Assembly (NCBI GenBank): GCA_051362555.1
Contig: CM120641.1
Coordinates: forward strand, 48,490,401-48,554,400
Length of the DNA stretch: 64,000 nt
Direction of reading: 5' to 3'
DNA from: Lingula anatina
Lineage: Eukaryota > Animalia > Brachiopoda
Below are positions 1 through 12,935 of the stretch, piece by piece (positions within the stretch are counted from its first letter, which is position 1; every line of letters begins with the position of its first letter). The notes beneath the pieces are model-generated. The model ran no database searches and was not told the DNA's origin. It worked only from the letters and a program-made list of their open reading frames with translations. A program made the translations under genes and the position numbers.

Positions 1-119
1 AGTAGTCTAGTAAGCATGTCTGGTACATGTACACTGTTGATTTTGTTTTCCTGGTTGAATTAAAGCCTAAGGAAAGGAACTTTTATTAAGTTCATTGATA
101 TTTTAAAGTATCTTTTTGT

Positions 120-402
120 CTGGTTATAGTACAAGACTGGTTCAGTATTCCTTTACTTAAAGTACAAGGCTGGTTCAGCACAATCTTCAGTTAGTACACA
201 ACTGGTTCAATACAAGCTTTACTTAGTACAAGGCTGGTTCAGTACAACCTTTACTTAGTACAAGGCTGGTTCAGTGCAATCTTTGTACAAGTTTGGTTCA
301 GTACAATTTTTTTGTAGTACAAGTTTGGTATAGTACAATCTTTTCTTAGTACGAGGCTAGTTCAGCACAACCTTTGCTCAGCACAAGGCTGGTTCAGTGC
401 AG
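120..402. repeat. Degenerate ~32-bp minisatellite
   Basis: tagtacaaggctggttcagtacaa recurs about 9 times. Confidence 0.85.
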
Positions 403-3400
403 TTTAAAAAGAAGAGATGTGAGCATATATGATATATTTTATGATAAAAATGTATATATATATACATACTTGCATTTCACCACTTCTGTATGCTTGTGTA
501 TCTCTGTTCTAGTGCTTCAAGAGAAGAAAGGTATTACATCTAATTATTACTGTTCAGTTATATTTTAGGTACTTAAAATTATTGCAGACACTTCCTAAGT
601 TGTCTTTGGAATGGATTTTATCACAGGTGTTTAGTTGCATGCGCAGCATGTTGTTAACAGTAAAAGAGAGGAAAATTAAATAACAAACTGGACACTATAG
701 TACAGGTGTTACGAGACGTTTTATGTATCTCCCATAGAACTCTGTAGGGATGGCATGGGATGCCCACCAGGGCCTGTGCCCATGACAACTGTGAGTTACA
801 TCTATTTAAGTTTCCTGAAGAAGTCTTTTAGAAATAGATGAAACACCACAGCTTGTGCTACTTGCTTGTCAATTTTTGTCCAGTTTGTGATTTTATTTAA
901 AATTCTATAATTGTTTAAAACTACAATGAAATAAGTCAAATTATGCACTTTGCACAGCATGGGTTTGGTTAATTTAATTTGATTGAAATTGGTGAAGCCA
1001 CTAAACTTGGTATGAATTTGAGTTCCATACAAATTGTTCTTACTCTAAAAGTAGCAGTTGTGATGGTAATTTTTTGTGTTCTGTGTTCTGCATGGAGTGT
1101 CATTATTAATATTTGCACAAAATATTTGCCAAGTATTATACCAGGAAGTTTTCATTGGTTCCAAACCAAATAACCCGCATGTTTAAAGATGTGAGGAAAA
1201 GTGCCTGATGCTGCAGTGGCCATATGGTAATGGTGTGAGGAATTATTTATTTCTTATTTTACATGGAACTTGTGAAACTTCTTAGGCTGTCTGCACATGA
1301 AGTGATATAGTTTTCTTTATCACATTGGTTATAACATTTACTTACACTGTGTTGTAATTTTGGTGTAATACAGAAAGTAATACTTTTCAATTTGGAAAAG
1401 GTTTTATTCTTACTCTCAAACTGGTCCAATACAGAAAATCATACTTCCACTGGAAAGGCTCTCATTCAGTCTAAGACTGCATTCTCATAAACTCATCGTA
1501 CAAAATGGATCAATCTAAGAGTCTTCTTCAAGTGTTTTCAATATAAACTGCTTAATTCTGTCACGCCCCCTTGAGAAACTAGTAGATAATTGACTATCGT
1601 CAAGTACCCCTTAGCAGTGTAAGTGGGCATGCAAGACATTTAAGCTGCTTACACTGAATGCAATTTATCAAGAGTCCCCACAGAGTTAGATCGATCCAGC
1701 CCATACAGTGGGTTTATGGGAATGCTCCCTGTAGAAAACTACAACTGCATTTGACAGTGTGCAAATGATATATACCTTAATGTTTTCTTGAAGGAGAAAA
1801 AAGTGTGTGGATATGTGTGTGTGCGTAAAAATACCCTAACTTGCATGTTACATTAAAGAGACTAGAATAAGCGGCCTTCAAATAAGTCAGCAATTTTCCA
1901 AAACAAACTCCTCATGCATAATTCTTTTGTACCTTAAATGTATGTTATGTTTCAATCAATTTTTCATAATTGTACACCAGGTTTAACGCCTCAGTTGGAG
2001 GCACTGAGAGTTAGTCCATATGGAACTTACAAGAACTCATTGTCTTGCAAATATTAAGATTTAGATCAGAAGTAAAAAAATCAATTCCTCCCTGTCTGAG
2101 TTGCGATGGTGGGTAGACACAGTCACCATGTGTGGTTCAGTTTACACGTTGATTGTCTGCTGCTTTGTTGTTTGTAGATAGTGTGTCAACAACAGAACAC
2201 TGTATTAACATTCTGGAGAAAAACTGTAAGGAATCATTTCCTGTTACACACAGCGGTAGTGAAGTAGCATTTATGTCGAATACCTCAATCAATACATCTC
2301 TTATTTTATCTAATAGGCCTTGCTGCTTTTTAAAGCTATAAAGAATGAAGTTGTGTAATGAAAAAAGCAATGTTTTTTTGTATGTGGTGTTACACAAGGG
2401 GCTATCACTTTCATTTATTTCAACAAATATCACTTAGCCATTCAACCATTTTATGGGTTTTTTTCTAGAAATGGCATCAGATTGTGAAATGAATTTATGT
2501 AAGGGAGAGAGGCTTTTAGATATTCGTATTTGATAGATCTGTGATATATAGTGAATTATACAAAATGTTTTGACTAAAGCTTCTATATTGATTCTTTTCA
2601 AGTATAGTGACAGTAATACTTTTAGGTGTAAGCAATTTGGCTTGCATCTGCCCTTATACTTTCTTAAATGAAATGCCAAATCTTTACCACTGGGTAGAGA
2701 GAAGTACTTTCAGCACTTACTGATTCTCTACAGGCTAATTCTTATTTCAACTCTTTTCCCTTTTCTTTTAGCTTTCACACAGGATTTTAAGTAAATATGA
2801 GGTTTATTCCTATAAGGCATAGCAACCTTTTGTTGTTAAATAATGAAAGTTAATGTTAGTCTCAGGAGTGCTGGTAATGTGTTTTGTTCAGTGAATAGCA
2901 GACGCAGTGAAGCGTTAGACACAACTTACTAAACAACGTCTGTCAGTCAGAGCTGTCATATGGGAACCTTTAGAGAATAGAAGAAGAGCCATTGCTATGG
3001 GAATGTGTCTGTTTTTTTAATAAGTGTCTTGTGACATTCGTTGGCAAATGTTGCCTGGATGTGGTTTTAGCAATTTCCATTGTGTTCCATATTTTATGCC
3101 TGAGATAATCCTACCCTAGGGACCAGGGGAGGGAATCTGCAATTGATATCAGCATTCAGAGAGAATATCACTTTTAAGTTCTATACATAATTCTTCTGTC
3201 TCTGTGTTGATTGTTGGCAGGTACTTGAACATGTTTCAACCTAGACCCTTTGTAAAGACATGTTGTGTAAAATATATATTTGTACTTAAAGAGTGAGATA
3301 AAAAATTATAGATATTAGATATATATGCTTTTTGTGCTATAGATTTCTCTTTATACATTTTTATGAAATAAAAATGTAAAAATGTGTTTGATTTTTAAAG

Positions 3401-4267
3401 CTAAAGGTATATGTTTTCGGAACACCGACATAATGATTGTATCTCTTCAAACATTTAAAGCTTCTTTGCTCCTTGCAAAATTTTATTAACCTGAAAATCT
3501 ATCCTCTCCAGCTTAACGTAAAATAAAGCCTATTTTTAGGATTGACTTTTTGACTTGCTTGATATTTACAGTTTTCATTTGTATCCCAGTATATTGACCA
3601 TGGAAGCAGCCGAGGGATTAAGGCCTTCAGTCCATTGGACTGTCATTTGTTGTAATGAAGGCAGGAAGACGGCAGGTGATGAATGAGGACATATAGTGAA
3701 CAGGGAGGCTTTTTTCCTAGAAAATAAAAATTCCCATAATTCTTCATCAGTGTAGGGTTCTTTTTGAATTAAAGCTATTTTCTTACCCCAGAAATTTATG
3801 TAAGCAATAAGGCAAAAATTTAGTTTAATTTTTATACATTATACAACATTTTAACAGAATGGGCATGAGATTTGAAGAGAGAACTATTTTTGTCATGATG
3901 CCATGACTACACTGCTGTTGTGGGAAGAACTCTATTCAAGCAATTTGATCAGGGGTATTTCCACAGCAAGTGATTGTAAGTTGTTATGTAAACATAGAAA
4001 AATGCCTAAACTATTTCAAAAGCAAATTGGATTCATGCCAGAAATTGTTTTTGTATTTGATAACTGATTTTTTTTTTTTTTTGTATTTTCACCTAGTGAT
4101 AGCTCTACATCAGGCAATCTACTTGTGTCAGTTTCTTAGATCAAGTAGACTCAATGTAACACTAAAACTAATGAAATCACTTATTTCTCATGGAATGGGT
4201 TTTTATTTGGCATTAGCTTAAATTTATATGAACACTAATCTTTTTCTGGTTTCTTACTCTTGGGAAC

Positions 4268-4978
4268 CAGCTCACCCAGTCTGGCGTTATTTCTAGGGGC
4301 TATTTCACCCAGCCTGGCCTAATTTTTAGGGGCTATTTCACCCAGCCTGGCCTAATTTCTAGGGGCTATTTCGTCCAGCCTGGCCTAATTTCTAGGGGCT
4401 ATTTCGTCCAGCCTGGCCTAATTTCTAGGAGCTATTTCGCCCAGCCTGGCCTAATTTTAGGAGCTATTTCGCCCAGCCTGACCTAATTTCTCGGAACTAT
4501 TTCGCCCAGCCTGGCCTAATTTCTAGGGGCTATTTCGCCCAGCCTGACCTAATTTCTAGGAGCTATTTCGCCCAGCCTGGCCTAATTTCTAGGAGCTATT
4601 TCACCCAGCCTGACCTAATTTCTAGGGGCTATTTCGCCCAGCCTGACCTAATTTTAAGAGCTATTTCGCCCAGCCTGACCTAATTTCTAGTAACTATTTT
4701 CGCCCAGCCTGGCCTAATTTCTAGGAACTATTTTGCCCAGCCTGGCCTTATTTCTAGGAGCTATTTCGCCCAGCCTGACCTAATTTTAGGAGCTATTTCG
4801 CCTAGCCTGACCTAATTTCTAGGAACTATTTCGTCCAGCTTGGCCTAATTTCTAGGAACTAATTCGTCCAGCCTGGCCTAATTTCTAGGAACGATTTTGT
4901 CCAGCCTGGCCTAATTTCTAGGAACTATTTCGTCCAGCTTGGCCTTATTTCTAGAAACCATTAGGTCCAGCCTGGCCT
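4268..4978. repeat. 33-bp minisatellite, about 21 copies
   Basis: ctatttcgcccagcctggcctaatttctaggag. Confidence 0.95.
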
Positions 4979-6549
4979 CTCTCCTTAGAACCAGTCTAGC
5001 CATCTCTGAGAGTGGACACTGTAGTAACTATTAGTGGCCTAGTGTTAGGAAAGAACAGGAAGGATTGCAGAGATAGCAGTTAGTGTTTAATGGCAAATGA
5101 AGTGTGGGGGAAGAGTGCTGTAATTAGTTGATGATGGCTGGAAAACGTCTGCTGTATTTTATGCCTTTTGTCTTCCCATGCACTGGGGATATTCCTCACT
5201 TCATAGTTCTATTTTGTATAAAGTTTTGTTGACTGTGGTTCTTTCAGTACTTTACATAGCTTTTTCCCTTGGAATCCAAATTGGTTTCTTTTATCTCTTA
5301 TTGGAAAAAGATATTGATATTAGAAAGTCTATTTCTCAGTGAACTGGAGTCCTTATCAGATCTCCATATTTATATCTGATCTGTGTAAATGAGAAGAAAG
5401 GTCCACACGGACATGTAAAGCACCTGTCTGTAGCTCAGTATTACTACCTCCTAACACAACATCTAGCTATAAATAACAGATTCTACAGATTGGTGCTGTG
5501 ATTTTATTGAATGGTTTGGTTATATGGTTAATTTGAGTATTTAAAATTAGAAGTACTTAAGAATGCCATCTGTGAAGCCAGTGAAAAGATGATTACAATT
5601 GGTTAAAATGATTGATTTGTGTCAGGCTATATACTGTATGCTTAAGAAGATGCAATTGACCATCCCTTTACATAAAATTTGCTTTAGAAGGCACCTCTTA
5701 GACAGAAGTACTTTTGAAGAAAAACAAAGAGATTCAGATCTTGGTAAGTGTTGAATTCCTAGGGTTTATCTATTGGCTGGCATACTTTGTTGCCTGTAGA
5801 GGTCACTCCCACCATATTACCTTGTAGTTGGGGCAGGTTTCCAGGAAGACACTGCTGCTACTGTGTGATAAAATATAGCCAGTGAATCTAATTGCTCAGA
5901 CAGTTCCAGGGGCAACTGTCCTAATTGTTAGAAAAGAAGAGAAACCATTATCTTTATGGAAGATATGATGACTTTCTGATGTTCCTATCTTGGAGACAGC
6001 TCGTGACTGATGGTTGTATTTTACTTAGGTTAAGTAGGAACAGCTGCCCTGTAGGCAGTCGTGGCGGGAAGGGGGAGGGAGGACAAACTCCTCTTTTAGC
6101 TGCAAAAGGTCCACTCTTAATCAAAATTTGAGCTTGGTCCTATACTATTTGTCGGGTAGGGTCTGCTATGAAGATAAAAAGACTCATTTTGTCATAAAAT
6201 AACCCCCCCCCCCCCCCCCCCCCCTTTTAAAACTATTGCTCCAGGTCTAAGCAGGCTGCGGTGGAGTTGTCTGCTCACTGGAAGACCTTGCACGATTACC
6301 TATTGCTTGGGGAAATTTGCTAAATGATTATGAATAGCGTATAAGAAATGTGTGTTGACTCTTTTTTAGCCCTTGCTTTTTTTAATCTTTATGTCCTCTG
6401 TTTAAATATTTTCTAATTTGTCGCAAACAAACCAACTCTTTGAATTTCACAACACACAGCAGTGTTGCCACGTGATATGAAATCAAAACCTGGACTTAGT
6501 GGTTTGTAGAGAATGCTCAGTTTAGATTGAACACTCCATCTGGGTCTTA

Positions 6550-6786
6550 GGGTCCATTCCCAGACCCTATCATATTAACTGTGGAACGATCTATCTCCAA
6601 GAAGATTCTAGCTAAATTGCAATTGACTGAAGCGGCTTAGATGTCTGTCATGCCTACCATAATTATTTATCTTTTAGCAGCTTCAGTAGGTGTGCCAGAA
6701 GCCGCTTAACCTGAAAGCAATTTAGCGAGACATCCTTCTGAGATGGATCGATCCTGTTAGATCCATCTAAGTATGGGAACCTGTCT
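6550..6786. mobile_element. Tourist-like MITE family A copy
   Basis: Aligns by eye with 23301-23556 and the reverse of 31975-32253. Confidence 0.7.
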
Positions 6787-9700
6787 CAGTTTTATGTACT
6801 GCTCCAGACAGAGAAATGAACACCTTAATAACCTGTCGTGTTATGTAAGAGTGTCACGCAATGGATACCAGGTACTTGGCATGGATAGGTATCCAGATTA
6901 ATCTGATTGGTATATCTGAGTTTGTGAAAGGGAGCAAAAACTGTGCATTGTAATCACATTGGATGTGAAAAGTACCTTAGGCAATTTAAGTCAGTGATGC
7001 CATGGCTTTTATTTTAAAAAAATCCATGTCCTGCACTCTGTGCATTCTTTTTGCTCCAAAACTTTCATTTCACCCCCCCCCCCCCCACCACCACCACCAG
7101 AAAGACAGTGAGTTATGATAACAGTATTTGTATAACAATCTTTGAATGTCAGCATAAGCATCTTATAAAAGAAATCATCTATTAAGTGTGAAGTATCTAC
7201 TCAAGCATGGTAGAAAGCATAGAGTCTATAGTATTACACCATACCTGCTCACCATTGCAATAAAACCTGTAATCTTAAGACAACTATGATGTTTAGTAGC
7301 GTAACCCTGCATGAATACCTGAAATAATCTTACACTAATGTTGAAATATCCATTGTTCATAGTCAGTTCCCCTAATATGTTAGTCTAAGCTTTGCCCAAA
7401 GACCTGAGATTTTTTTGTGAAATAGTATTCAGGATCTGGAGGTTGTCACTTGGGATATGATAAATTAAAGTAAGATACCCAAGAAGCAAGGAGTGGGATT
7501 ACATTTGAAAAAAGGTGATATTAACACAATGGGAAGAAATCTGACTAAGTATGCTGGCTTTGAAAGCCAGACTTCCTTTAACTTTTCAATTAAGGCCCAC
7601 TGTATCTTGAAATCAGCATGGTACTTTTAAACCAGGGGCAGTTCTCATAGATTGATGGCTGTATGGACATTACATTATTTCATATTAAGAATGTTTCAGC
7701 ATGAAGATGGATTAAGTGTTGTGAGATGACATCTGAAGAAGATGATGTGTGGTTTGTCTTGCCATATCATGTTCTGTGCAGTGTGTAAATGTTTAGAAAC
7801 TGTTGAAGTTCTAAGTTGTAAAAGTTCAATGATCCAGTATGAAGCTATTGAGCACTCACTAAAGGGAATTCTCTATAAATATCATACTGCTATTGAAACG
7901 CATCCCTGTGGCTTGTTTTCAGCAGTCTCTGTAAACCTTGGCATTATTTAGGTGAAATATTATTTTGAACATTCTGTCATTGGCTACGAGAAAATGCCAA
8001 TGCTTCAGAACTGTGTATACTATAGAAGAGAGGTCATATTGCGGTAGTTGTGCAGCACACTTGAAGAATGTTAGCTTAGCTACCACACTGAGATTGATGC
8101 GACAACATATGAAAGCTGACAATTTATCTACAGATATTTTTCGGGGGTTTTTTTCCCTAAAAAATTTAAACTTCTTTAGAATTAGTATGTGGTACAAGAG
8201 TACTAATTCACCTTGTTTTGTTTGTTACATTTGCATCGCTTTCTAAGATGACATTCCTGTTGCTTTGAGTTTTACCCTTATCGCTAAAAGGCTAGATTGA
8301 TGCATTCTTAGTCTCCTATGACATCACTCAGTGCCAGCAGCCCAGTTTTATCATGAACAATCCCCACTGAGATTTTGTTGTGAAAACATGGGGATCAGGA
8401 GTGAATGGTGTAAAGGTCAAAACAATTTGATGGTGGTTGGAGAATAAAGAAAATGGAAAAAAGACATTTTGCACCTTTTTTTATACACTATATTAGTCTG
8501 TATGCTCCTGCCAGGGTAGTTTGTAAGTCTCCTTCTCTCTCTCTCTCTCTCTCTCTCTCCCTCTCACACACACACACACTTGTGAACAGAATTCTCCTTG
8601 ACATGAAGAGGATGTGAATTTAATGGTATAAAAAAAGAAATGAAGTATAAGATTGCTTAAGTATTCCCTAGAAAATGGCAGTGAATTCTGAGTAAGCTCC
8701 AGGTCAGAGGTCGTAGCCCAGGGTGACATCTTGGTCTGGGGGGACTGAGTTCCAGATTAACATGGCCATTTCAAAAGAATTCAATGGAGATTTGATTGAT
8801 TAAAAACCAATTTTAAGGCTGAGGTTAAAGATAAAACCTTCATGGTGGGTTGAAGGGCAGGGCCAAGGAAAGGAGATGATGAGGTCAAAATCACATATAA
8901 ATGCCTACACTTTCCTTCCAACATCTTCCATAATTCATGAAGATGAACTTTATTTTCTTGGGAAGATGTATTAAAGACTGCTTCTCTTCATCCAGTGTTG
9001 GCCGTAATTGACACAGAGAGATTAATATGCATTAGCAGTCATGATTTGGTTGTGTGGTAAAAACTGGATCAATAGGAAACATGAGACTGATCAACACTTA
9101 AAAGCTTTTTTGGGGTCCGTTTGGTGGAACAAATGATACAGTTTTAGTGCTATATATATACTGGCTGTTTTGTGCATGGGAACACATTGGTAGCCAAACT
9201 ATGCAAACTCTCTCCAGTGTGGCCAGTGGCTGGCAGTTCTAACGTAAAATATAAGAAGACCTTGAGATCCAAATACAGGTGTCTGTCTAATGGCCCTTGG
9301 TAAATTTATTGGGGGAAAACTCTATTACAGGCATGATCTGTGGCACTGAGGACAAGTTGAAATCTCTAGACTTGGCACACAGATTGGTCTAGGCTGCTGG
9401 AATCAGGGAGGTCTGCCAGACTTGGTTCATATGAAGCCAAAGAGATTGATGATCCTGGACTTGATTTCTTAACTAGGTAGCTCTTCGGTTCTGAGCCATC
9501 AAAGGACTGCGTCTTAATTAAAAAGGTGCCACAGAATGGCCGGATAAAAAATTCATCAGATGGAACAAGATTAGGTTTTAGTTTGCCTCTACACCTATTC
9601 AATGAAACATCACCAGAATGCAAGTTGTTCAAAGATTGGAATTCTCAAGCTATAGCTCTGGAATTTAATTACTCTGAAAAAGAAAAAAAAAACAACAAAC

Positions 9701-10404
9701 TAGGGGCATGATAGCAGTGCATGTGCCAACATAAAAGTCATACAGTTACTCAATCGCATGACTGTTCTGTACTAATTGACCTGTCCTCATCCCAACCAGA
9801 TTGACGGCACTGCTAGTACCGAGTAACGCACCTTGACATCACTGTATGGAGAGACATCCAGGTTACCTTAGATCTCCACACTACCTGGTGCCGAGTAGGT
9901 GATAATTACACCTGTCTCTCAGCTGGCTCAGAAGTGGAATGATTACACAAACCAATCCAGTATCTGCTGCTTATCAGTGGCTGGCAGAGACTGTCTGGGG
10001 AGAAATGAAGGAGGCACCTGCTGGGAGTAATTAGCTGATTTCAAGGACAGAAATATCCAGACTCTGCCCACCTTGATGTGTGTGGGTGAGAGGACAGGAA
10101 GTATTGTCTCCAATGACCACTGAACTAGAGAAGAAGTTTTTTTTTCTCTCATGGCACAATTGTGAAATGAGCACATCTCTCTGTGGACCAATACCAGAAG
10201 CTCTACTATAGACTGTGCAAAGTTACTTCATTGGAAACTGCATGACTATCATATAATACTAATATAATCTGACAGATGCTTGACAGGGCATTGACCAGCA
10301 TGTGAAATTGACAAGAATGGGCTCTCTTCAAGATGGTACCTCTTTGAGCTAAAAAGTTGAACATTTTTAGTCAAGTCATTAAACGTCAGTTCACTGGTAG
10401 TTTT

Positions 10405-11132
10405 AAGTGCTGTTATATCACTGACAGTAGGAAGTGGTGCTGTTATATCACTGATAGTAGAAAGTGGTGCTGTTACATCACTGACAGTATAAAGTGGTAC
10501 TGTTACATCACTGACAGTAGGAAGTGGTGCTGTTATATCACTGACAGTAGGAAGTGGTGCTGTTATATCACTGACAGTAGGAAGTGGTGCTGTTATATCA
10601 CTGACAGTATAAAGTGGTACTGTTACATCACTGACAGTATAAAGTGGTGCTGTTACATCACTGACAGTATAAAGTGGTGCTGTTACATCACTGACAGTAG
10701 GAAGTGGTGCTGTTACATCACTGACAGTAGGAAGTGGTGCTGTTACATCACTGACAGTAGAAAGTGGTGCTGTTACATCACTGACAGTAGAAAGTGGTGC
10801 TGTTACATCACTGACAGTAGAAAGTGGTGCTGTTACATCACTGACAGTAGGAAGTGGTGCTGTTATATCACTGACAGTAGGAAGTGGTGTTGTTACATCA
10901 CTGACAGTATAAAGTGGTGCTGTTACATCACGGACAGTATAAAGTGGTGCTGTTACATCACTGACAGTATAAAGTGGTGCTGTTACATCACTGACAGTAT
11001 AAAGTGGTGCTGCTATATCACTGACAGTATAAAGTGGTGCTGTTATATCACTGACAATATAAAGTGGTGCTGTTATATCACTGACAGTATAAAGTGGTGC
11101 TGTTATATCACTGACAATAGAAAGTGGTGCTA
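10405..11132. repeat. 30-bp minisatellite, about 24 copies
   Basis: aagtggtgctgttacatcactgacagtag/ta. Confidence 0.96.
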
Positions 11133-11976
11133 CTATTATATCTCTACAGCATCCTCAAGTGAGTGTATGACAGTATAGAGAACCTATGGTATCATTGGAG
11201 ATTGGAGTCATGTTATATGACATAAACATGTCAGAATTCAAGAAAAGTGCAAGCAAGATCAAGTTAGCAGGTTTAGCAGTCCAATCTTTCCTTGGAAGGT
11301 ACAGTATGGAAGTCACCAGTATTGTGTTAGTTGAGACTGGAATTGCTTGTAACTAGAGTAAAGTATGACAGTATGTAGGATTCCCACATGTTTTGTAATA
11401 TAGTGATGTGGAAGTGAGTGGGGTCAGAATTAATGACAGAGTAGTGAGTGCAGAGCAAAAGAAAACTAACAGAATTTCATTCAGGGATTATATTGTTCCA
11501 GTATGGTTTAACTCTAGAGTTCTGTAGAAATACATAATGAATTTGCCATTTTTAGTGTCACTTTTATAATGTATTCTAAGGCAAAATTCAGGACAAAGTT
11601 AAAATTTCACCCTGTAAAACCCCACACCAAGCAGATTCTGACATATTTTCTTGTCCCTTAATTATGCCTTATCTGGTATGATTTTTATTAAATGTCTTAG
11701 CTAGTACATTATCCTTAGTATTAGAATGCATGTTTTACTGTTTGATAGTAGAAAGAATGTGTTGGCTGTGTGGTGATTTGCCTGTTTTCAATGTTTTCCT
11801 TGTAACTCTTTATAGATAAACTCTTTTACACCATCCACAAGCTGTATATACTGTTGTCAGTGGTCATCATGTAAACCTACTAAAAACATCCCTCATGAAG
11901 CCTTAAAAAAAAAAAATCATTATCATTGTCTTTATGTGTTAGACATTAAGTATTATTTGTAAATAGAAAGTCAGGT

Positions 11977-12007
<31 letters not shown>

Positions 12008-12296
12008 GGGGGGGAGGTGGAGGGGGGGGGGGCACAACTATACCATCTTTAGATTAAGAGCCCTCCACAAGTTCACCCTGGAAATAATCACAAGAGGTTT
12101 CGGGGTTAAATTTTTGATAACCCATCTTCTCATTAGGGGCCTTGGAGAGCAGATATATAGTCCAAATATATGTAGTTGAGAAGTAGATGTGTAAAGCATA
12201 GGCAGCAAAGTAGGCAATGGCAACTGGAAGGGGGTAGGTCTTACTGGCAGTCTCTCTCTCTGTGTGTTTGTCTGTTGTATCATTATGTCCACATAC

Positions 12297-12455
12297 CAGG
12301 GGTGGATTGAGGCCATCTTCTGGGTCTTCTGGAAGATGATCAGATTTTCAAGTTAACATTGACAGGTATCTATTTTTTTGTCGGAAGAAGGTCAAAAATG
12401 GGGGATTGATCAAAAAAGATAGTTTGGAAGACAAAATATCTCTGGATCCAACCCT
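12297..12455. mobile_element. Small MITE with cagggg-type TIRs; inverted relative at 27356-27530
   Basis: caggggtggatt...ggatccaaccctg; tcttctgggtcttctggaagatg matches the reverse of catcttctggaagacccagaaga at 27489. Confidence 0.55.
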
Positions 12456-12935
12456 GCATACAGTAATGTCTCGATCTTTTCAATGTTGGAAAATTGTGAA
12501 ATTTACAGATCCTATATTTTTATGTCATAATTTCTTAAAATAAGAGCATTCCTATTGAGTAGTTGCAACAAAATTGAAAAGAAAACTGCCTTATGGTTCT
12601 TTTCTATGCATTAAAAGCACCACAAATGCTATATAAAAATATAGTTTTTATGATTTTAAAATGATGCATCTGAAAGTTTGATAATTTTGCCCATTGAGAA
12701 GATCAAGTCATTACTGGACAATGAGGACGCTGACAGAAGCCTTTGACTTGTGGGATACAGTATATATTGTTTGACAGTTTCAGTCTGTTGTAAGAATTTG
12801 GGCAGAGAAAGTTTCAGATGTTGAATTTACTTCCAGATATATTACAAAGGCTATAATATACAACTTTGTCTCTTACCAAGTATGTATATATTTTAGTGGA
12901 TCAATTGAACAATGTCATAAATGTAAAGTGTCATA

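Noticed and set aside
4268-4978. CRISPR-like regular 33-bp repeats (also the 30-, 45- and 79-bp arrays)
   Set aside because: Units are head-to-tail without unique spacers, there are no cas genes, and the context is eukaryotic.
10357-11178. 273-aa Cys/Trp-rich ORF (KWCCYITDSR)n that looks like a metal-binding or structural protein
   Set aside because: It is the translation of a 30-bp minisatellite with a non-ATG start, inside a presumed intron; no splice context supports it.
1-12900. Further upstream RGS (DEP/DHEX) exons or a nested gene
   Set aside because: No ORF with recognisable DEP motifs or convincing splice pairs was found by eye; treated as one large intron, although small exons could have been missed.
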